DNA of 63,662 nt, filler included, from Nemertoderma westbladi (Eukaryota > Animalia > Xenacoelomorpha): assembly GCA_032718475.1 (NCBI GenBank). It is 4 parts of 4 records of this genome, joined end to end, with 100 filler letters (N's around TTAATTAATTAA, not from the genome) between each part and the next. Parts side by side here need not be neighbours in the genome. Positions count along the whole stretch, not along the records: positions 1 to 22,916 come from JAUCBJ010003883.1; positions 23,017 to 39,792 come from JAUCBJ010003904.1; 2 more parts are not named here. The stretch is one strand, 5' to 3'. Positions 13,349 to 23,199 of this stretch are shown here, in pieces. Below the pieces are notes generated by a model. That model saw only the letters and a program-made list of their open reading frames with translations. It did not search any database and was not told the origin of the DNA. The position numbers were made by a program, and so were the translations under genes. The number at the start of each line of letters is the position of its first letter. Positions within the stretch are counted from its first letter, which is position 1.

Positions 13349-13913
13349 GAATATCAACGGATTTAATAATTATTAGTCGGGTCATAACTATTGGTTATTT
13401 TAACTACCGGTAGTGTTTATTGATAATTCTTTGAATTTGGGATAACTAATTTTATAATTCTATTGAATTGATTGATAATTCTTTGATTATTAAAAAATTA
13501 TTGTTTTTTCTGTTATTTTTCCCTATATATACATACAGAGTAAGAGACAAGGGGGGGGGGGGGGAGGGGGAACTCGACGCAAAACCCGCCTTGGCGACTT
13601 AATATCCCGCCTCAATGTTAAATTCTCAATTTAGGGAAAGGAGCAGGTTACAGTGGCACGATATTTTAACCAAAACAATAAACTAAACATAATAGAACAC
13701 AGTTTTATTTTTGAGAGTAATCATCTGTTATTTGCGACCAATTTCCCCTGGATAGGGATGAATTTTTATTGCGTCCAGTTCCCCCCCTATCTGCAGAGTA
13801 AAGCTCGGAGATTTAAATTATATTTAATATTAATGAATATTCGCACAGCACGAGATAATAAGTGAAGCCATATTTCTTTCATATATATTATTATACCCCC
13901 CACTGAGAAATGA

Positions 13914-15120
13914 TTAAGAGTGATTAACAACAATACTTATTGCCCGCTTATATAACTCCATTCCAAAGTTATTGTCTTCGGCCAATGGGTTAATTTCTTG
14001 TAGCAGTTGGACCAATACCATCTGAGGCTCGTAAGTTAATTCAGGGACTACTATTTCAGATAACCCACTCGGTTCTATTTCAACTTCTTCTTCTCCAGTG
14101 TATGAAATTATCTCTTGCACAGTTTCATCCTCTAGACCTCCACCAGCAGCAGCGCTTCCCTCTGCACAGTTCGTATTCCTGAATTCTAGACCTGTATCCA
14201 ATAATACACTTTCACACCACATCTGGTTAGGTGTCTTCATGCCCCCTGTACTCACACTGCGGTTATTTAGCTCCCCAAGTAAGCGATCAAGGGATTTCCT
14301 GATACGTGGAGTATAAATGTAGTGCAATATGAATATATGTATCTCGTTGTTTCGATCGAGTTCTCCATCTTCTTCCAGGCGGATGAAAACTGCTTTATAG
14401 GTATTGCTAACAACTCGATTCACTTCACCCCACAGGCGTTCGATCCTAGTGTTATGTACGCTTCTACCACCAATGTAGCTTCCTCTACCAAGTCCCCGAG
14501 AATCTAACATAAAACGCGCGATTTCAAAATTCTCTACACCTAAATCACCTCGCACTCGAAGCGGTAGCCCGTATTTTGAAACAGCGTCTTTAAAATTCTT
14601 TAGCGCTGTTTCCGACCGATTGTTGTCACAGAAGAGAAATCCGACTACCATTCTGCTGTAACCATCGACAATTCCGTGGATAACGAAACGCCAGTTTATA
14701 AGTTTGTGGTTTGAGTCCACGTGCCATAGGTGATTGGCACCTTTCACAAAATAAACCCGCCGTTTAACTGCTTTACTTTTTCGAAAAGCTCGACCTATTG
14801 GATCTAAAATATCCATTCGTTCCCTGAGCTTCCATCGCTGTACATTTATTCCGATAGAACGCAATGCTCCAGCCAAATAAACTTCTCCTATATTGGGTGT
14901 ATCTGAAAGAATTTCGCTAATATGTTGATCCAGTCTGTCATCCGATATTTGGGTGAATCGTTGATTGGTAAAACCTAAACTGGAACATCGTCGTTTGATC
15001 GTCCTTTCCGATACGTTCACTAATATTGGAAATATTCTTAGTTGTAAACCTTTGTACAGTTCTTAAATAGCGAAGCTGATCGTCACTAACTGAAGTTCGG
15101 GGCCGCCCGTGTGCCGACAT
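13914..15120 (-). CDS. IS3EU DD34E transposase with one frameshift near 15025
   Basis: WHVDSNHKL...[10 protein letters not shown]...VRGDLGVEN...[13 protein letters not shown], with 34 residues between the second D and E. The N-terminal MSAHGRPR...QLRYL (from 15120) is in a different frame from the 15020 ORF. Confidence 0.8.
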
Positions 15121-15429
15121 TCTGACATTAATGCCTCAGTCAGTCAGTATTGCAAGTATTGTGGACCACAAGATGTAGGCCTAACACAAGCACAAGGTGT
15201 ACGTGTAACGCTACAGGGCCTAAGGTATACCGATTTGTACCTAACAGCCTAACGCTACATTACAGCATTACCCAGTGACAGTATATGAGTACCGGTAGGC
15301 CAAGGCCCATACAGCTGTACAGCCATACAGCGGGAGGTAAGCCTAAAGTCCACTCCTACAGCGATACGGTACCGTGTGTAAATACAATCCACAATCATGT
15401 ATAGGCAGACAGGCTCACAGGTATGATGA

Positions 15430-16429
15430 CAAGGCCTACTGTACTAAAGGCCGTGCAACCGTGCAGCACTGAAGGCTGACTGGAGGCTGACCTACAATAC
15501 AGCAATACACAATACTGCAATAGGCTGATAGGGCTGGCTACTGGTATTTGAATTGAATTCTGAGCTCTAACCGGTTTCAGCCCCAATGGTCATTTTACCT
15601 ACTGACCTACACTACCGTAGTGCTGTCTGGCTGTAGTGCGATTCGGATTAATTAGGGTTTGGCTGTTTGGGCCGCCACACTGTAACTGTAACCTGGGCTA
15701 AAAAAAATTCGAAAAATTGGGGCTGAAACCGGTTATTCCCGAATTCTGGAATTTCAGTAGGCCCACCGACTGACCGATATACAGATATAGGCCTACAGTG
15801 TAGAACTAGAATGCCATTAAAGTGCTGTGTGTTCGGTTGCCGGTCGAATTACGATGGAAGTTCATCCGGTACCGGTAGGCCTACTAAAGAACACGTCCCG
15901 GTTTACCGGTTACCAACAGACGAGGGAGAACGGCGCCGATGGATTGCAGCTATTCCGAGAGAGAATATCCCACAGAAACTAAGAACACGGTCTGACGGTT
16001 GTTTGTGCAAAGCATTGGCCATCTGATTTCCCGACTGTTGTGGTGAAAGGGAAGAAGAAACCTATTAATCCACCGTCTGTTTTTCCTTCTATACCCAAAA
16101 GTCTTGTTCCTACACCACCAGAACCTCCTCGACCAACTAAACGCTCATTATCATCAATACGGTCGTTGCAACCTGATGAAATGGGTCAATTTAGTAAACA
16201 AGATGACATTGTATCCATTGTAAGCATTATGTCAACTTCCGGTTCCAAATTATTTACGTTGCCGGATGATGTGATAACTTATCGTTGTGGAGATGATATT
16301 CATATCCAATCAATAAACTATACTGGTCTGTACAGGCACAATGTATGTTAAAATTGGAGTAAACGTGTTCAGCCTCCAGTGGATCTTCACTGCCGCACGG
16401 TTGCACGGCCTTTAGTACAGTAGGCCTTG
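15430..16429 (+). mobile_element. Non-autonomous P-element (THAP9-like) deletion derivative nested in the IS3EU element
   Basis: TIR caaggcctactgtactaaaggccgtgcaaccgtgc / gcacggttgcacggcctttagtacagtaggccttg, with a perfect 8-bp TSD TATGATGA (15422-15429, 16430-16437). Confidence 0.9.
15811..16351 (+). pseudogene. THAP-domain N-terminus of a P-element transposase, frameshifted and truncated
   Basis: MPLKCCVFGC...RRRWIAAIPR, then in a shifted frame VVCAKHWPSDF...PPSVFPSIP: the THAP C2CH signature. Confidence 0.85.
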
Positions 16430-17644
16430 TATGATGATAATTGCAATTGCTAAATACAGTATATAGAAAGTGATAATTCAAATTTCCCTCTCAGCTATTT
16501 CTGGCCCAAACGGCAAGATAAAAAAACATACCATTACAACTTTTGGCCCAAACGGCAAGATAAAAAAACATACCATTACAACTTTTGGCCCAAACGGCAA
16601 GATCAAAAAACATACCATTACAACTTTTTAATATAATATGTTTTTTTTTATTTTTGGCCCAAACGGCGCCCCATACATGGGCAGCAAACTGTTCAAGTTA
16701 GTAACGAAAAACAACGCCACCTACCATCACACTATTGCGCTGATTGGTTAGTATGTCCACTGTAGACTGTATGTCCACGTTTTATCTCAATCTACTGTAG
16801 CGTCGGTCGCATAAACACCTGCAACGGTTTACGATATGTGATATTTTTACGATATATTTGTGGAACACTTGAAAATATTCTTAAGCAGTAGCGGCAATGA
16901 TGCTTGAAAATATATACAACAAATTATTTCAAAGTCAATGACACTAACTATGTATTTCAACAAGGCACACAAATAACTACTATATTTACTAAATGGAAAA
17001 CAAGTGGACTTTTTTCCAGCCCCTACCCCGAGATGTATAAGTTTATTTTTCTCACACCGGGAGAAAAATTGCAATTTCCTGAAACTAAATCTGAAGAGTG
17101 GGATAGAAAGGCAATATTAAGAATAACTATTTATATCACGCGGCATAAAGTACCACTTTATAGGAAAACAGTTGGTACTTGATTATTTATACGTAATTTT
17201 ATTCAAAAATTGCAATGTTTATTTTTGAGTGATAAATGTTCATTCATCACTTCGGCACATCGCAGATCGCCCGAAACACAGGAGACGACAACTACAAGTG
17301 GAATTCCGAACCAACCAACAGTCTACTGGGACTGAGATTGCTTCTACCCATCGTTTGAACTTCTTATATAGGCTAAACCAAAAGTAAACAGGACGCCGAC
17401 TTCCGCTCGTAGGAATCGTTGACTCGATGATTCGTGGACACTTTTGGAGACGCTATCCGAACATTTACCAGATTCCACACTTCCGGGTTACTATGTTGAC
17501 AACATCCATGACGCTTGCCAGAAATTGATCACTCTTCTCCTCCTGGAGGTTTGACTTTAGAAAATTAATCTGAAAAACATTATAGATAAATACATTAAAG
17601 ATACAATAAATGAAACATAATAAAGATATAAAGAATGCAGTCTA

Positions 17645-18000
17645 TCTTACCCAAACGCCACCCAAACGGCATTCTACCTTACCCAAACGCCATTATAACA
17701 TACCCAAACGCCCTTCTAACATACCCAAACACCACTCAAACGGCATTCTAACATACCCAAACGACACCCAAACGGCATTCTACTTTACCCAAACGCCACT
17801 CAAACGGCATTCAAACATACCCAAACGCACACCCAAACGGCATTCTAACATACCCAAACGGCACCCAAACGGCATTCTAACATACCCAAACGCCACCCAA
17901 ACGGCATTCTAACATACCTAAACGCCACCCAAACGGCATTCTAACATACCCAAACGCCACCAAACGGCATTCTAACATACCCAAACGCCACTCAAGCGGT
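17645..18000. repeat. Minisatellite, about 32-bp unit acccaaacggcattctaacatacccaaacgcc
   Basis: Directly visible array of about 11 units. It explains ORF 17610..17912. Confidence 0.95.
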
Positions 18001-19540
18001 GTAAAAGCCTTTGCTGAATTGCCCCGTTATTTTTATTATCTTTTACATTAAAATACTCTGTAGTTGATTTAATAAGTGTAAGAGACCGTATTATTGCTGT
18101 ATCGGTGTTTTTAGAGGATCTAAGACCTATTTCCTCCGTATGTGTACTGTGAAAGGCATATTTTATGATTCTATGGCAATTCGTGACGCAAAGGGGTGAT
18201 AGCTACTCTTGAACAGTAGTTACTATGACTACGGTTAACAGCTGACATTCATACGTGTTGATTTCCTTTGTTCTACGGCGTCTCTCAGTTCAGTCAGCCA
18301 ATTAGAGCGTTTTTGTGGCTCCTTGTACAGAAAATTTCCGAGAAATGACGCAATGCCTATGTGCAGTGTTGACATTCAGTCCTGAGCCAAAGAAAGAACG
18401 GCTTGGAAGTATTTTGTGCTTTACTGTTTTTTAGTCTTACACTAGTAGGTTTAATTATAAAGGGCATATATCCTTTAACATACCTAACGACTACTGCGGA
18501 CCAGCATACTGCTGACTGATCATACATGCTGACTGCTGAAACATTGCAAACTCATAACAATCAGTGTTTACATTCATTTTATACTGCTATTTACCGTCAG
18601 TTCTTCATAATATGGTTGATGAATAATTATATTTGGAATAACGATAAATAACCCCGAAACCCAATATTCTTGATATACCGAAGGTAAGAGAGAAGGGTTA
18701 CAGATAAACGATTGTGACTTATGTTAAAGTGGTTTGAAGTGAATCTAATGTTATTTGATAGACCCTACATGAGTCAGTCTGTGTTCCTTTTATATGTGAT
18801 TAAAATCAGTGAAGATTGGCAGATTAGTGTGCAGTATTGTGCAGCATTGTGTATGAGTGAGTCTGTTAAAGAAGCAATTCCTAAAGAATGCGCCATATAT
18901 GTGAATTATAATTAAGCCATATCGTTGTGAGTAGTTTAAGTCATAACTCTGTTTATGTAGATAAAGCGCCACGTCCTAAAGGAACTGTTAATATTACCGA
19001 AGGTGAATAATATTGTCAGAGATTATATAATACTGTCAGTCGAATAATACATTAGGCTTACATAGCAATAAAATTAAACCGTCGAACCCAATCTCCCGGG
19101 AATTTCCAGCGGGTGAATGGTCGCGCACGGATTGGTTTCGACTAGTGTAGTGAATCAAATACTTGTCATAGACTAAAAACAGATTTAATATCTAGAAGAC
19201 ATCTTAATTTGGTGGGTTAAACTGCCAAAGGTCTGAAAGCGCGAACATTAAAGGATATTGCTTCTTTATTGCAGTAAGCAATAAAGTTGAAAGTACCGGT
19301 CAACCGGTAAACCTGAACAGTACACCTGTAGGTCAGTAGGCCCAACCGCTAGAACCGGTACTGCCGTATAAGTACACTAGTATTATTCGATTTGATTGTT
19401 GTATACCGGTAGGCTGTTTAAGAGATTAGGGACTGTACACCCCTTGTTTCTTTTGGAGCTTACTTATTTCTGTCAGTTTTATTTGTTTGTAGGCCAGTAT
19501 TGAACAGAAGGCGTGTAAACCTGATCAGATTGTACAGACA

Positions 19541-20105
19541 ATTTGTAGGCTGAGCTGTTGTCTGATTGCTGTTAAGTCCGAACGAGTTACAGTGTGTGTA
19601 GAGCACTTGTCCGATTAAGTACGGTTAGGAAGTAGGGGCAGCCAATGCGGTAAGGTAAACCCCCAACTAAAGAATAAGTCGCACTACTGGGTTAGAGCGC
19701 ATACTCCCTAATCATTTCGGAGTCTGCATGTCCTGTGGTTTATTTAGGCTTGAGAGTAGTCTGCCATCGTTTAGTCTGTACTTTTGTTTGTGTAAGTCTG
19801 TACGGGTAGCGTATAATTTTATTTAAATAATTTGTAGGCTGGATAGTTGTCTGGCTGTTATTAGGTCTGAACGGATTGCCGCGTGTGTAGATCATCTGTC
19901 CGATTAAGTACGATTAGGCAGTAGGGGCAGCGAACGCTGTAAGGTAAACCCCCAACTAAAGAATAAGTCGCACTACTGGGTTAGAGCGCATACTCCCTAA
20001 TCATTTCGGAGTCTGCATATACCGTAGTTTGTTTAGGCTTGATAGTAGTCTGTCAGTGTTCGGTCTGTATTTTGTTTGAGTAGTTTGTACGCGTAGCGTA
20101 ATATT
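19541..20105 (+). repeat. Tandem direct repeat (period about 289 bp) in the leader of a putative LTR element
   Basis: atttgtaggctg...cggagtctgcat...gtagcgta at about 19541-19815 and 19830-20100, with an identical central block of about 78 bp. Confidence 0.9.
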
Positions 20106-21420
20106 TATTATTCAGAGTTTATGCGATTATTCGCAACATTCAAGTCCCCAAGTTTGTTCCTACAGTAATTGTGTTTGTTATACATACCGCTATAGTTAAA
20201 TTAACCTCGGTACTACACGGGCTGCTTGGCGTAGGTAAAGACTGGTGATTTTGTGCATCGGTCACTCCAGCAGATGCCGTGGTTCTTTTAGCTGTTCAAG
20301 TATATTTAATTACTGATTATCTGTTGTACAAGTACTCGTACCTAATTTAGGGTTTAGTGTACAGTGCTTTCCGAGAATAATTAGTGTAGGCATTATACTT
20401 GTGTTGTAAAGTGGTTGATAGGCACATTCGATTAGCTCTATTAACTTCTAGGTAGGAACACTCCGTGATACATAACGTAGAACCTATAGCGATACGGCTA
20501 TAGGTCGTCAGGCGGTGGTATTTTCCTATCTAGACAACGCAGTGTATTTACTACTACTTATTATTTCAAATACCGTAGTACTCTGTCCGTTGTAATAACC
20601 GGTTATCTAACCCTTTGTTAGGCTGGTTTGTAGACTTCTTGTAAAATTACCCTAAAAATTCGTATTTGTGTTTTTGTAAATTTTTGTGTTTATTTAGAGA
20701 TTGTAATCTCACCCGAATTGTACGTAATTTGTAGTATTAAGTAACTTAGGTAAATTAGTATTATTTGTTTTAGTGTCTCATAAGTAACACTTCATTGAAA
20801 GCGCACCGCTTTGTGTAGTGATTACCCCCAGAAATAATAACATTTATTTCAAACATTGACAAAACCCATTAAAAACGGGTATATATATATTATAAATCAA
20901 ATCTAACGATTTATAAATCGTAGGCCTACCATACAACCATTAGGCCTCAATATCAGTTGGATTACTGCTCAAATAACGGTAATAAAGTAAGTAAAGTAAC
21001 CAAGTAACCCTAAAATTCAGAAATTCAATTATTTAAAATAATTGATATACCGGTATTCTCGATAGGCCTATTATCTTTATTTCTATAAATTTTGGCTGAA
21101 ATTATACCGGTACTTGTAATTAATTCTAGTCCAGAATTATATATACTACAAACTGTAAGCTGTATACCGGTATTCCGATAGGCCTATTATATATTTATAT
21201 ATATTTGTGCTAAAATTATACCGGTACTCTGTGATAAACCTAGTCTGTAATAATAGTTATATATACTATAAGCATACCGGTATTCTAATATATTATATAT
21301 ATATCACGCTACACTGAGTAGCAGTACCGGTAATTAATTACTAGGCTAACAGGTAATACTGAGTTACTAGACTTACTCAGACTGTAATACAGCAGTAGAC
21401 ATTCAACGGTATACATAGTC

Positions 21421-22916
21421 ATGTCTGATACTAAGCAGAACCTGTCCGACAGTTTATTAGATGTAACTATCTGCGACTCAGATAGAGACGTACAACTGTC
21501 TGGTCGTAAATCCAGTTCACCTCCCACTGTGAGGAAGGTTATCCCTCCAGTAGTAATAACAGAACCTAGGCTGGTCCAACATCGTAGGTCTATCATAGGC
21601 ACCCGAGCTCAGGTCAAGCGGGACCAACAAGCGGCGGAACAGCAACAACCCGCTAGTCAAGAACTTATTCCTCAGCGGCCCAGCAGCTCCAGTAGTGAGG
21701 ATACTGTAGAGCTGACACCCGAGAGCGGAGCAGAGATGACGGATGCGGTTTATACGGATCCCCTTCTCATCCTTCCTGCAGCCGTGCTCGCTGGGTTATT
21801 GATCGCGGTGGAAGAACACCAGATCGATTGGGCGAGAAGTCAACGGTCAACTAGAGATAGCTACGCGGGCTACACTAGTGAAGAACTGAAGTCTATTGTC
21901 GAGTCGCAATGGAACTTCCCCGGACCCGGACTCCCGTTTGATTTATCAGAAGCTGCCTGGGAAGACATACACCGGATGGGAGTAGCCAAGGAAACCATCG
22001 ATCCAGCTGTGTGGAAGAGGTCCGCAGCCGGATACGCACAGGGATTCTTCAGCTCTATGGAGCGAATAGAAAAGCAACTTTTTCAACAACCTCAAGGACC
22101 TCAAGAGCAGGGATCGCTGCTTTATCAAGTTAGAGAAAGAGTTTTGCGGATTAGGCTAATCTTATCCGCCTTTGAGGAGGCTTCTAAAAGAAAACAAGAC
22201 ACGTCGTTGCAAGTTGCCGTAAAAACTTGGTTTCAACGGGTGAGTCGCCAGGTTCAAGGAGCAGCTCAGTGGAAAGCTCAGTTGGAGGAGCGCTCAACCC
22301 ATGGAGAATCGACGGACGCCACTTTTTCCCAAGTGGAAAGTGAAGCGACGGCAGAGAAACCACATAAGAGAGATGCCATTGACATCTATCTGTCAGACTA
22401 TCAACGTTTTGTAGGAGATGAAGAGTTGCGGAGAAGACTAGAGGGACTTAGCCCTAATAGTGAAGGAGCACAGTGTGTGCTTGACGCCATCGACGTGGAT
22501 AGGTTAGCGGCTAATCAAGCTAAATTCGATGAACAACTCCGCGTCGTTAAGGTCCAGGAAGAACAAGTAAAGAAAAAACGTATAGAAGACAGAAAGGCAG
22601 CGGCAGTAGCAGCAGCAGTGGCAGCTGCAGAAGCAGAAACAAAAGCGGCAGCGGCAGTGGCAGCGGCAGAAACAAAAGCGGCAGTGGCAGCGGCAGAGGC
22701 AAAAGCGGCAGTAGCAGCAACAAAGGCAGCGGCCGAAGCAGAAAGAAAGGCAGCACTGGCAACAGCAGAGGCAGTGGTAGATGCAGAACGGAGGGCATCT
22801 GAAGAGGCAACCCAACTAGAGTTGGAAATTCTTCAAGAGAAGCAAGACAACTTCAATAAACAGTTAACAGCGAGCAATATGCAGATGATGAGTCGATCTA
22901 CTCCCAAGAGACAGGG
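21421..22916 (+). CDS. Gag-like coiled-coil ORF, probably a BEL/Pao element; cut by an assembly gap
   Basis: Uninterrupted intronless ORF of about 500 aa with an Ala/Glu coiled coil (AAEAERKAALA...LELEILQEK). It starts MSD after a long leader, like the BEL Gag at 57185. No diagnostic catalytic motif is visible before the gap. Confidence 0.5.
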
Positions 22917-23016
22917 NNNNNNNNNNNNNNNNNNNNNNNNNNNNNNNNNNNNNNNNNNNNTTAATTAATTAANNNNNNNNNNNNNNNNNNNNNNNNNNNN
23001 NNNNNNNNNNNNNNNN
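22917..23016. other. Assembly gap linker N44-TTAATTAATTAA-N44
   Basis: The identical 100-bp construct occurs three times in the window. Confidence 0.98.
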
Positions 23017-23199
23017 ATAGGGCCCCACCCCAACCATCTCTCGTACCTCCCAGCTGCCCAGTGTCTGAATGTTATTGTTTATCAGTATTGGCGATTGGCT
23101 TGGCATGTTACAGTGTTAACAGCTACTGTATGTTTTCAGGGTGGTCTGATCATTTATATTATTTGGCATTTAGTTTCAGTATCTATCGGTATACCTTAT

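Larger units (their letters stand above)
11926..16675 (-). mobile_element. IS3EU-type DNA transposon with TIRs of about 200 bp
   Basis: Ends TATGGGGCGCCGTTTGGGCC...GGCCCAAACGGCGCCCCATA (TAYGG..CCRTA). TIRs at about 11926-12122 and 16477-16675 each contain three repeats of about 42 bp. Encloses a DD34E integrase-like ORF. No 6-bp TSD seen; only CAT (or TA) is duplicated. Confidence 0.8.

Noticed and set aside
11900-16700. Bacterial IS3 contamination
   Set aside because: Long repeat-containing TIRs, a nested eukaryotic P element and contiguous animal repeats indicate a eukaryotic element.
22504-22815. Cys-rich and Leu/Pro-rich minus-strand ORFs
   Set aside because: Antisense shadow of the GCA/GCG Ala repeat in the 21421 ORF.
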